DNA from: Podarcis erhardii
Lineage: Eukaryota
NCBI GenBank assembly: GCA_964252035.1
Contig: OZ176200.1
DNA: 64,000 nt
Strand: one strand, 5' to 3'
Shown: one piece after another, positions 51,385 to 64,000 of the stretch
How the letters are laid out: every line of letters starts with the position of its first letter
How positions within the stretch are numbered: position 1 is the first letter of the stretch
The notes under the pieces: generated by a model
Seen by the model: only the letters and a program-made list of their open reading frames with translations
Database searches by the model: none
What the model was told of the DNA's origin: nothing
Position numbers and translations under genes: made by a program

Positions 51385-52193
51385 TAGATTATTATATCTC
51401 ATCATCACAATTTTGTATCTCTTACTTGTTTCATAGTATAATTGTGGCCCTATCAACTGAAAAGCAACATTCTTTTAACACACACATTTTTTGTTGCTCA
51501 TTTACTAGTTAAAATGCCATTACTTTCTCCTATTTTTTTCTAATTATTTTTCTTTGTTCATTACAGCAGTAACTTTTTTCAGTAAGTAAGTGCAGAATGT
51601 TGTTGTTATTGTTGTTGTTGGGTATAAATAATAATTTTGTTGTTGTTGTTACCCCCCTCCCCTTGCACACTCTTCAAACCCCATGCCACCTCCCCTTACA
51701 TTTCACCTAACCCACCCTACCCTCGCCTGAGTATTGTTCTGCCATTGTGCCGCAGTTGGCCAGCCAGCTAAACTGCGGCATTGCAGTGTTTTTTCTTACA
51801 AAAATATAATACGAAATACTTGTATTGATTATGGATAATAACTGAGAGCACAACTGTGAATGGGAAATGGGACAAAATGAGAAAGAGTTGTTCATCTTTA
51901 CTTCTGATGAACCTTATGCTTTGTCCTTCTGAGCACAGGAAGCTAGCTGGATGATATCCTTTGATATGCTAATTTTACAAATGGGTGCTTTTAAAGTGCA
52001 TCAAATGACAAATCATCTTATTCAAAATTATGATTTTCCCTTTATTAGAAGAACGGATCTAAGTTTGATCCAGATTTGGAATGTACAGACCAGACTTTTT
52101 CTATAAAAGAAAACGGTGTCTGCAACGTGCACTAATGTAGGATAAAATGCACTAAAAGTGTAGCTCATAAATTACTCAATCAAAAGGGTTTAA

Positions 52194-52409
<216 letters not shown>

Positions 52410-54155
52410 TAAAACCCAGGAATCAGAAGTCAAGTTTCCAAGTAAATGCCTATTAGTAGCTTTTGAACTGAAACATAATGGTGTAATCAAGCCAAAAATA
52501 AAAGGTCTGAGATAAGAACAATTGACAAGAATGTAGGAGTCAAGTGCCATTGAAGAAAGTTCTTGTTGAGCAAAGAGTAGTATAGTTATAGGCCATTTAA
52601 AAAGAAATGTTTTTAGAAGTGTACTGTGTTATTCTTATACCTTTTTGGATGTAGTTCCAAGCCATTAGCAAGAGTGAGCTGGGGAGCTGTAATTAGTATG
52701 AATTATGCATACTGCCAATTTATTTTAAACATTTTAGTAATTTTGAAAAACATATGATGCTTTACATATCAGCTACTTTCTATTTTGTAGACTTTGGATA
52801 TTATAAGTATTTACTACCTAAACGCATTAAACGTATCAAGAACTTACACTCATTTATTTGTGTGGAAATAATTGGAACTTGATGGTTGCTAAATTATATA
52901 TTACTTTATCCTTACTTAAAATTTTTATTGCTGTTATAAAATGGCTGTGAGGATTGTATAAAAAGTGCATGCTGACACATAGAACCGAAGCACAGAGGTT
53001 CAACCTGCAGTAACTAAAGCAGCACACTATGATAAATTGTATTTTACTTAGAGTGTTCTGTGCAGATCCGAACTTTTCTTTGCACAAGTTCACAAGAACA
53101 TTCCACCAGGCATTTCTCTTCATGTGTTTGCTTCTGAACATACTTTTGCTTGTAGCTGCATGGAGAAATGCACAATAATTCTCGAGCTGGGGGTTGTTTG
53201 TGCTGTGCACTGGAAGGGAGAGGAAGAGCGAGGACAGTCATGTTTCCCCTGCCTCTGCAGACTGGGCTGTGACAGCTTGCTGATGTGACTGTGCAGCCTT
53301 GTTACTTCCCCTGTGTTGGTGTCAGTGTGGTACATTCAAGCTTCTGTTTGTTTGTTTTTCCTGGGAAGACTAAAGAGAAAACCCGTTTGTTTTGGCTGCT
53401 TTGGGACTATGCTCAGCCTCTGTGATCTTCCTACCCTATGCCTTGTTTTCTTCACCATCCTTGTAGTTTCTCCCAATTTTGAATGTTGCCCATAAGTGCC
53501 ATATTGCTGTCACAACTGACATTTTGCTTTGGACTTTTAAATGTGGTCTTTGGGCACAGTGAGCATTGGTATCCCACAAAGACTATTGTGTGTGTGTGTG
53601 GGGGGGTATCCTTCAGAGGCCCTGAGGCTTTCAACACCCTAGACCAGCGTACTGGAATAGGGTCTGTCCCACCCACAGGGAAATGGCCAAGGCATGGTTA
53701 CCCACCTGCCTTTGGGTCTCTGTCTACTACCAATATCCCTTCCATACTTTCTTAGTAGATTAGGCCAGCAGAAACTGAATCCCAGCAGTTGGGCTCAGCA
53801 GGAAAAGTCCTATATTCTGGCATACTTATTTGTTTACTTACTTACATTTCTATTCCACCTTTCAAGGCTCCATGCATGTGGTCTCTCATCAAGGCCCTAA
53901 CCAGACCCAGAACTGCTTAGCTCCAGTGAGGTGGTAGCCTCACGGATCTTTATGCCATATAATTTAACTGATATTTCTCTTTTTTACTCACTCATTTCTA
54001 TTGTGTTTGGTCCCTTATTTTTCTTCTTCCCAGTCCTACCATGGATATGGTTTTCTGCTCTAGCATTATACAGATAGTGGTAGCAGTTGCTCTAGAAGCT
54101 GCCAGGCACAGGAGTAGCTGCTGAATATAACTTTGAGCCACTAGTTTACCTTTTA

Positions 54156-54320
54156 GGGCAGCATTATGGGGTAGTGTATAGAATGTTGTACTTGGACCAG
54201 GGACATCTGAGTTTGAACCCCAACTGAGCCATAAGTGACTGACCAGGTGATTTTTGGTCAGTCACTCCATTGCAGGCAAACCTATATTTTAGGGTTGTTG
54301 TGAGGATAAAATAGGAAAAA
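54156..54320 (+). mobile_element. CORE/MIR-like SINE, diverged
   Basis: Degenerate tRNA head, then ggtcagtcact...agggttgttgtgaggataaaat, a CORE-like segment. Confidence 0.55.
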
Positions 54321-55827
54321 ACCTCACATATATCTTCCTGAACCCCCTTGGAAGAAAATAATATTACTACATTTCTGCTTGTGATCTCTCACGAACAATT
54401 GCAAATAAGTGCAAGGAAGCAGCTGGTGGACTGGTCCTTGTGTGGACCAGTCATTTATCTAGGAAAAAGTTACTTTTTTAAAACAGAGAACCTCTGTAAG
54501 GAAGAACAAAAATGGCATGAATAAATTCTTGTTCTACTAACAACAAAAGCTGTATTTTTTTTGGGGGGGGAATGCTTCATTGTGCAGTGGAAAAATGTGA
54601 AATATTTCTGTAGCTTAGCTTTTCAAGATGCTCTCAGGAGTCATTAAAAGGGGGGGGGGAGCAAGGTAATTATTAACTTTTCCTCAGGTATGTTTGTGTA
54701 TTTCTGTTGGCACAGTACTGCTCTGTGTACTGCTCTGTGCCAGGCACAGAGCAGTGTGGCAGGCCACAGTAGAACAGCCCCAGGCACTTCACATCCTATC
54801 TCCCATGCAGTATCCTGGACCCAGTGCACATGTGTGTCTCTTGCTAGGCGCAGGAATAAGCACTATACACAGTGGAGCTTGTACTACTAGGGAAGTCAGG
54901 CCCCAGGAAAACAAGGAAGGTGGAGGGAGGTAGTAGCTGAATTGGCTCACCAGAAGGAGGGGAGCCACTAACGTTGGCCTCCCGACCAGGAGGACTGAGA
55001 TGGCAGAAAGGTTGATGTGGTGCAAACAGACCTGCAGAACTGATCTAGTGCCATGCCAACATCCTCGCTGCCTCGCACGTCTCCATATACCTCCCTAAGT
55101 AACAGCACTCCACCTGCCAGGAAGCTAGCATAGCTGCTCCACTCTACCAGGTGAGCTGCTCCTGGATACAAAACTGGGATGGGCTTCTTCTTCTTCCCCA
55201 GTCTCTGCCCTCACATAATAGTGTTCTGGCAGTTGAGGTAGCATTCAGCATTACGCTGCTGCTGAATAGAGTCGAGAAGGATGGATGAGTCTACCCCAAC
55301 TTCACCCCATCCTGTGCACCTGTGGAGTCTCCTCTGTATGTGGAGAGGAAGAGTGTGTCCCAAACACCCAGCAAATCATTTATCTCCTGATTCTTTCCTG
55401 TCTGACTTCCTTCCTGGCTTCTTTCCCTCTTGTTGCTGTTCCCCATATTTATGTCCCCCAATGATCTCATAACTAAAATATTCGGCTTTTTAAAGTGCTT
55501 TGATCAGACCCTATAACAGCACACACTTAGCTTGAATCTCATTAATAAGCTCATCACTTTTCATATGCTCAAATGCTAGTGCAATTTGCAGTGTAAGTAT
55601 TAAAGTTGTTTAAAACTTGGCTCTGAATATTTATAGAAGGACTGGTGCAGAGCTTTCTCTTCTTTAGGTGTGCTGTTATAGGAGATCATTTGGGAAATCT
55701 AGTCAGATTCCGTTAGGTCTCTCTGAAGTGGTTTTGCAATGAACAATGAGCTCTTCAGAGGAATAAAAGAGTTGCAACTACATACCAGCAGAGAATTTTC
55801 AAGACAGTTGAGTTCTGTTTCCTGTAG

Positions 55828-55947
<120 letters not shown>

Positions 55948-56082
55948 TAGTTTCATCACATGACAGACTGGCATTTGAATGGAATAAAACTTTATTTTGT
56001 AGCCCACAGTCTCTGAATAGGTGGTTTCCATTTGTTTAGATGTATATATACAATGTCTTCGTTTTGCCCATCGTTGCTTTGG

Positions 56083-56083
56083 C

Positions 56084-56124
<41 letters not shown>
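56083..56124. repeat. (AAT)n microsatellite
   Basis: Perfect trinucleotide run. Confidence 0.9.
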
Positions 56125-56125
<1 letters not shown>

Positions 56126-56244
56126 GGACAGGAAGTGTCAAACCCTAAACAGATGCACCCCACACTGCAACATTTTGTTGCAAGGCCCCACTTGTTTCAT
56201 ATAAATGACTATATTTGCTTTGGCTCAGCAGGCAAGGACATTGT

Positions 56245-56318
56245 GAATAATAATAATAATTTATTATTTATACCCCGCCCATCTGGCTGGGCCTCCCCAG
56301 CCACTCTGGGCGGCTTCC
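56245..56318 (-). mobile_element. 3' tail of an L2/CR1-group LINE
   Basis: - strand ggaagccgcccagagtggctgggg...gatgggcggggtataaataataaattattatt. Similar tails at about 1400-1493 and 3575-3670. Confidence 0.55.
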
Positions 56319-57646
56319 ATAGAAGCTGCATACAGCTTGTTATGGTGACTTTCTGATCTAGAAATCAGTATTATGTGTGACAACCCTCTCTGTAATTGGC
56401 TTTTATATTCTGCATTCTGTATTTTAAGCTATGTTGTTGACCTGGTTTTGATACCATACATCAGGTTTCCTGCCTTGTTATGACCCTTGGTTTAAAACCA
56501 AGACTGATCCAATATCTGTGATATTATAATGGCATGTCAAAATGAGATTTTATGCTCTCTTAGCAATTGCTTTACAGCTTCAAAGCAAGAGCTGAATGTA
56601 GTAAAAGGATGTTTTCTGCTAGCTGTGACACACACTAAATAAGTTTTGAAGGCCAGCCCGTTGGTTATGTAACACATGCTAAACTAAGACAATTAAAGTT
56701 AACTTGCTTCAGTGTCAAAACCTCTCTGAGGTGAAATGTCCTTGGCAGACAAAGAGAACTAACCTTGTACTAAAGGACAGTACATTAGGCACTGCTAACT
56801 TTACCCTTAAGCAATTGTTTTAAGTGTATTGAAATCAAACACATTCAAGCTTTTTATTTGTGTATGCAGCCCCTTCACTCCTCTCTTCATGTTATGCAGC
56901 TATGAAACTGGAAAGTCTTTTCATGTGTTGTCTTAACTGAGATACTGTGGTTACCCACTTTGGAAGAAGTAGGTTATTAAACAAACTTGAAACTTGTGAC
57001 TGTAATTTCCTGGTTCAGAGAAATGGGAAACTTTTGCTAATTAGAAACTTTTTGGATTAATCTTGGCCAACAGAAAGGGAGCTGTGAAAGGGCAGAATGT
57101 GCAGGGGAAAGGTTTGTGCATATCTCCATTTAGTAACCTGATATGTGATTATCTGAGCCAAGCCAGTGATTAGTGAGAAAATTTTATGTACATTTTTCTT
57201 CTTTGTATAAATATATAAAACAGATAATTTGAAGCTATTTTTTATTTCCAAAAGCATGTTTATATTTTAAATTGATGCTACCCATTTTCAGATTTGTCTT
57301 AAATGAATATTTAAAGAACCCCTTCTGTATTTAAATCCAGCATATAACCTTATGCACTACACTTGTTTACTAAATGGAAATGTGTTTATGTGGTGTCATG
57401 AAGCATTTGCTATCAGTATTTTATAAGCAACGTTTTCTCAATTTATAGCTGGAAAGAAAACCAATAATGCAATTACTTAGCCACAATGTCATCATTCCTA
57501 AATGATCAAAGTGAGGACACATCAGCATGAATTGTTAAGGGCTGTACATTATTAATCTCAACATCTGCTGCTTTTCTTTTTGGCTTCGGGGAGGAATAAA
57601 GTATATCTCATCAGCACATGCTTTGTTTTAAGCATTTTAAAAGTAA

Positions 57647-57766
<120 letters not shown>

Positions 57767-58506
57767 TAAGTAGCTTGTAACATTTATATAAAATGAAAAT
57801 ATTCATCCTAAAGAACGTAACTTTGTATTTAATCTTCCCTTTTTTAAAAAATAAAATAAGGGTTACTTGGTTTGGCTACATACTAGCTGAAATTATTCAT
57901 TGCTTAGGTTGTCTTTCTTGACTCCTTTTTAACAGGATTGGTTAATCTTTTCGGTACAATTAAACCTCAATTCTAGATACTCTTTCAAATAGGTGTTCTT
58001 AGGATCAAAGCTTTAGAATGTACATGTCTAGGCAGCGTGAAGGGTCAGGCTATTATTGACAATATCTTTTTAATGAAAAATAAGGTTTCATGAAAATGTG
58101 GTCCATTCTTTCTGTCAGTGTTGGCGTAGACTTGACAGAACTGGGAACCATTTGCCATTGCTGCCACTGCTCAAGGCATTTGCTTACACTGTCTGCCCAT
58201 TGTACTGCACAATTTTATATACGGTGTCCAGTGTATTTAGACATTGTTTAAAAATTTAAATTTAAATTTTTAATGACTTACTATATTTGAAGAGTACAAC
58301 ATATCGTATAATAGAAGAATACAGTAAGAGAAACAAATTATTCCAGATACACCAGTAAATGTTTTTACTTCTCCAGTTCTTGTAATTATTCATATGTTTT
58401 AATAGAGTAATTCAAAATAATCTAAAACCTCCATTTTATTGTGGGAGTAATGAATTTACTCTGTTATATTTATTTGTGCATAAGAGAAAATGCTCAGATT
58501 AAGCAA

Positions 58507-58583
58507 ACAAAAGCTGAAATTTTGTATGTATGTATGATGATGATGTATGTATGTATGATGATGGTGATGATGATGATTATTAT
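58507..58583. repeat. Compound (TATG)/(GAT) microsatellite
   Basis: Alternating tgta and gat arrays. Confidence 0.8.
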
Positions 58584-61145
58584 TTAAAAAAACATTAAGA
58601 AAAAAACCCACGCGGCATGTGGATCCAGGGTTTTAAAGTATTTTTCCTTTAATGAAACCTTTCAACTAAGCAAACGAAACGTGAAATTGTGGCAGAGGAT
58701 TGTATCCAATCCTGCTGTTCCACTCGTGTAACATACTTTTGCTTGCTCAACTGAACTCGCTTCTCTCATCTCTCCTGCAGCACTCGCACACGCTCAAGAT
58801 CTGTCCCAGAGGGTCGAGGGGGGTCCCCCGGGAGCATATTTTGGGGGTGCGCAGGTTGAGAAAATGAAAGTCCTAGTGTTTCAGGGAACTCAGCTTACGC
58901 AGTGCTAAATACAACCCAGAGCCCCTTTGATGTGCAGAGAAAGACTTTTCCATCAGCTCTTCTTGGCTAAAAGTGCTACTTTGGGCTAAACATGAGATGA
59001 CAATGGGAGTAAACCTTCCTACCCCCACCTCACCCTGTGTAACCAAACTGCTCCCAGCAGTGTTGGGCTCTGATAGGTTAACTAGCAACAACATCTCTGT
59101 GTTCTGGACAAGTGCAAACAGAGGAAGAACATGCATCTTACCTTAAGCTGATGTAGTAGGGGGTGTACCACTCCCCCACCTATTGTTCCTTCAACTCCTT
59201 CAGTGTAGCTTTTTGCATACTATAAAAAGATTGAACAGCTTTATTGCTTTTCTTTCTTTTAATTTGTGGCACAAACTGTGTTCTACAAACTTTTTAATGC
59301 TGAGGCAGTACCAGTTTTATGGCCATACTTTACAGTATTAATGTTGCCACTGAAGAAGTCACATTTGCACAGTATAGCACAGCTGAATGCATTATAAATT
59401 GGGCTGGGGTAACTGAAATACCTGATTGGCCAATAAGAATTCCATGCTGTTTCTGCAATTTGCACAATTCACAGGCCTTGTAAAAACACAGAGCAGTGAA
59501 TTGTGCTGATTGTAGTCACAGCTCAGGACTCCTGACATTATACCTTAATTAACATATAAATATTTTAAATTAGCATTTTATAATCACAATAGTATTATAA
59601 CAATGCAACATTATATTGCACTTCATCCAGATGACAGTTAAAAAACCCACAAACATACTGCCTAAGTATTAATAGAATCTACTTCACACCCCTTTTATTG
59701 CTGCAAATGGTATTCAAGAGATATATAAGATATGTGTTTAATTTTCATCCAGTTTTCATAAGCAACACACCCTACTATTGTTAGATGGACTTTTGAGCCA
59801 TGATGTCTAAGTGAATGCTTAATGTTGCCAATACTACATGATGTTCTCTGTAGCTGAATGAGTCTGCATTCACCTTCTAGCAACCAAAGCAATGACAAAA
59901 GTACAGATGGCATGACTTATCTTAACAAGTGCTTATCTGTTAGAATTGGCTTGATCTTGAGCTACCTAGGAAATCCAGGCCTTAAGATTTGATACATTTG
60001 TTCAGATTTGTTGAATTTTGCATGTGATGTGTTTGTATAATAGAATAATGCTGCTGTGATGCTTTTAATGGAATGTATCTGTAATTTGCTTGCCATTTCT
60101 CTTTTAGCATAGGCCAGTAAAACAACAAGCAATTATGTTTTTATTGAGCTCCTTGTGGGCTGTGTTTGGTTTAGTTTCGTAGACCACAAGTTCTACCACA
60201 AGGCACATAGTAGCATTTTATGTGGCCAATATTTTTATCACTGCATCTTACAAAGCAGCTATGCTGCCAAACAGGATTGAAGCAAAAATTCTCCCAGGTT
60301 CTCTGGAACAATTTCAACAGTGCTGAAATAACACTAATTTTTCTTTAATGCCTATGAAATATTTTCAAATTCTTTATCCTCAGTTAGGTTTGCTTGCCAT
60401 CAAGTGATATAACCATGTAGCCAAAGCTGATTGGCCAAATATCCATACACTGTATGATCCTTGATTGCCCAGAATCATCTATGTGACTTATTCTGGAATA
60501 AGTGCTGTCACATTTTCAATAGACTTTATTTAACCTCAGTGACATAATCATGTAGCCCTCGGGTCACAAGTCATTTTGGACCAGGGAACACATTTTGATT
60601 TTCAGAGTGCTGGGAATGCCAGTCACAAAATGGCTGCCACAGGAGTGTGGCAGAACGCAAAATTAAAGAGGCCTAGAAAATAGAACGGAAGTAGGAAAAG
60701 TACATTGCCACAGGCTTGTATTGGGGTCAGTGGCAGCAACTGGCACCCAGGGCCCCATATTATTTGTGTGGGTGCTCGGCATTCACACTGTGAGGCCTCT
60801 GATACTACTTCCAGTGCTTTGTGAGGCCCAAAAGTTGCATTGGAGGCCTTGCACGGACTTGGAGGTCGCATCTGAGGCCTCTAAGGCAACTTCCAGGAGG
60901 AACTGGAAGTCATGTCCGTGACCTCTCAGGGCCTTGAAATTTGTGTCCGAGGCCTTGCAGAGCCTCAGAAATCACGTCTGAGGCTTTGCAAGGCCTCTGA
61001 CGCGTTGTGTAATTTAGGCACATCACCAGGAATGGCTCTGCTTGTGCCCTGCCCCTTCACTGTCCTAGTATGTAACAATGCTATTGCTGCTTGAAGGCCA
61101 GAACAATGGTAAGCCCCTTCCTGCTTTTACTCCTATTAGCTTATA

Positions 61146-61388
61146 CAGTGGTATCTTGATTCTCAAACCTAATCTGTTCTGGAAGTTCATTCAACTCCTG
61201 AAATCATTCAAAAACCAAGGCACAGCTTCTGGTTGGGTGCAGGAGCTTCCTGCACTCAAGCGGAAGCTGTGTCAGATGTTCTGCTTCCGAAAAAACATTC
61301 AAAAACCAGAACACTTACTTCCAGGTTTTTGGTGTTCGGGAGCTGATTTGTTCGTCAACCAAGCCATTCAAGAACCAAGGTACCACTG
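61146..61388. mobile_element. Tc1/mariner MITE, family C, diverged inverted copy
   Basis: TA TSD; cagtggtatcttg / caaggtaccactg. Reverse-complement similarity to 50804-51053. Confidence 0.75.
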
Positions 61389-63526
61389 TATATCATGTCT
61401 GTTGTGTTTTTGAGGATATTCTGGGTTAAAAATCCATCAAATAACTATATGAGACTTGTGAGAACTGTCATTTGAAAATAAATTGCTAAAATGTTTACTT
61501 ATGGCATTTCATAGCAGAGTGAAATAAACCTGAGGGTAATGATTCTACATTTTGATTTTGAGTGGCAGGCATCCATCAAGGATAGGTGACAGCATTTCCT
61601 AAATCTACAGCAGACTTAAAATTAAAGAAAAAATACATGCTCCCTACATTTGGTGAATCTGACCGCATGCTTCTGTTCACCTTTTTGTCATGTTAAACTT
61701 AATGGTAATGTGTGCAAGTTCTAAATTAGTGATGATGAGTATTTTTTTAGAGATCACGTGGTATAATTTCTTTTTCATAATGGTCAGGAGCTAGGGCATT
61801 GGGCAGGTATTCTAGGGCCTGGCCTGTTTGTGTGAATGCTCATATTAATTTTTGACGCCCAGTGGGGAAGGAGACTGGCAGGAAGGAGCCTAAGTTAACC
61901 ATCAGGTTCATATACTCTTTTCTTCTCGCACAGCCAGGAAAATGAATTTGCCACTGTTTATTTTCTTTTTCCACTCATCAAATTGGAAGAGCCATAGTTT
62001 AAAGCAAACTCTAATCCATTTCTAAGCAAGGATTTCTTCCAAACACTGGTTATGAATCTAGTTTAGCTAGCATTCAGAGGCAGCCTACCACTCCACAGTG
62101 GATCGCTGTTCGTAACAGGAAGCAGTCTTTCCCCAAATTTCTTTTAAATCCACAAGGAACATTTTCTGACACCCTTTCTTTCCTCTTTAATCAAGAGTTG
62201 CAGAATTGGCACCTCTTTTGTTTGGAGGATTTGTTCTGATAGTTCTCCCACTGTGTATTCTGGAACTGGCTTGGGGAAGTTTTCTTGCAGTTGCTCCAGA
62301 GACAAATCTTCTCCCGCTGCTCTTATTTTTGAACCAGTATGATATTTCCCTTCCTGCTCTTCTGCCTCTGGCCAATACTTTGCTCTTTTTATGGATATTG
62401 TGCACTGCAACCAAGAAGCTGCAATGAGGAATTTCCTAGCCTGGATCAGAGGCCAAAAGCTAATGGTTTATTGGCCTAAGAATTTGCAGGGGTTTATTAT
62501 CTTGGATTGTAAGTAGTGATTAAATCATCGTTTCTTGGTTCTGATATCATGGGAAACAGTGGTTTAACAAGCCAGGATAGATGCATCAAAGCCAAGTATA
62601 TGAGAGAAGGAGGGGAAGGGTGAGGAAGAAATGTGTAGGAACAGAAGAAAGTTTAAAAGGTTCACTCTGGTATAAATACTTTTTGCTATTGCCTGAATTA
62701 ATTTAGGGGGGAAATCCCAGTAAGCCCTGGGTGGGGTGGGTGTTCCACTAATGAGACATTGAGAGGAATGCTTCATCCACTGATGTCAGGGCTCAATAGA
62801 GGGATCATAAGCAAAATGTTCCTAGGCTAGGTAGCCAAACATTCTTTTCTAGTAGTCAGCAATCACACCACAATACTGCCTACGAATGAGCATGAGATCA
62901 TTTCTAGACTAATTGGACCTTACAATCAGTGCTGCCGACATAGCACGCACAATGTTTTTAAGTCTTGTTCAGTGCAATTCTATGCATGTCTAATCAGAAG
63001 CAAGTCTCACTGAGTTCAGTGGACTTACTTGCAGGAAACTGTCTATAGGACTACAGGCTTGGCTGAACAATAGCGTAAAAATATAGATCATATGTCTTAA
63101 GAGACTAGCTGAGCTGAGCAGTCAAAATCCGAGAAGCAGAGTTTTTGGTGCAAAGTTTTGCCATTTCTGACAAAGAGTCATCTTGTTTGGGAGCTTAAAC
63201 TAGCTGTCTTAAACCTCCGGGGTTTCAAAATCATTTGGATTTTGTTTGTTTCAGAAAACAAAAATGTTATATAGAATTTGAATGTTTATATAGAGAAAAA
63301 AACAACAATGTACATTCGTTTTAAAAGCAACAATGGAGATATAATAACCTGGCTTAAACTCCTATCCAAAAGAATGTATTGCAAATGTGAAGAACAGCTT
63401 GCCTATACTATCTAGACTAGACTTGCAGCCACCTCTCAAATCCTCACGGGGCTTCTATCTTTTAAACATATATGTGTACTAATCAGAATATAAAACAGCC
63501 TTCCTTTTTTGCTTCCTGCAAAACAG

Positions 63527-63639
63527 ATTATGTGGTGATCCACCTTTTATGGCAGGCTCTGAAGAAAAGCTTTTTGAACTTATAAAGAAAGGAGATCTTC
63601 ATTTTAAACATTCAATCTGGGATACAGTCAGTAAGGCTG
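63527..63639 (+). CDS. STK33: STK33 kinase exon, subdomain X
   Basis: (L)LCGDPPFMAGSEEKLFELIKKGDLHFKHSIWDTVSKA. cag acceptor, gtaagt donor. Confidence 0.96.
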
Positions 63640-63918
63640 GTAAGTAGGCAACTGTATAATAAAAACAAACAACAACATCCCCAGCATGAAATTCAACAAA
63701 TTGTTGCAATATTTTGACCTTTTTATTACCATTAAGTACTGTGTTTTCTCATAAATATAAAATTGATGCTAAAGAAAATTCACAGAACTGTTGCCATGAA
63801 TTAGCTTCACAGCATTAGAGGTAAAATACTCTGCTGGATTAAAGCACTCAGAGACAACTGGGAGATGTGTTTGTTCGCAGCTAACAGAAATTAGGTTTAC
63901 GAGTCTTTCTCTTTATAG

Positions 63919-64000
63919 CCAAAGCTGTGTTGGAGCTGCTTCTGAGAGTAGACCCTGCCCACAGAATGACTGCTAATGAATTGCTTCACATCCAGTGGAT
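63919..64000 (+). CDS. STK33: STK33 kinase exon, subdomain XI (truncated by window end)
   Basis: (A)KAVLELLLRVDPAHRMTANELLHIQW. tag acceptor 63916-63918. Confidence 0.95.

Noticed and set aside
56021-56356. ORFs with poly-Ile runs
   Set aside because: Translation of the (AAT)n microsatellite.

Overview
Vertebrate genomic DNA from a squamate reptile, most likely a lacertid-type lizard (inferred from Sauria SINEs, BovB and tRNA-derived squamate SINEs). It holds two tandem + strand genes in the same order as in mammals. The first is the last 8 coding exons of TRIM66 (959-11178; PxVxL HP1 box, PHD finger, bromodomain). The second is STK33, with a CpG-island promoter at about 20.0-20.9 kb and 10 coding exons from 40071 running off the window end; the kinase motifs are intact. 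All exon phases join in frame by manual translation. Introns and the intergenic gap are rich in TEs: Sauria and other SINEs, L2/CR1/BovB LINE fragments, Tc1/mariner and hAT MITEs, a hAT remnant with a nested BovB, and two solo LTRs. The most unusual features are two apparently full-length, short, RT-less retroelements (18602-19725, +, 16-bp TSD; 45488-47350, -, 18-bp TSD, intact 190-aa ORF). They share a 13-nt 3' terminus and a TT|GAA target site, and their 5' ends carry Pol II-type motifs (CTCF+YY1; ETS+YY1). A candidate zinc ribbon lies in the STK33 N-terminus. No database search was possible, so family names and novelty are unverified.
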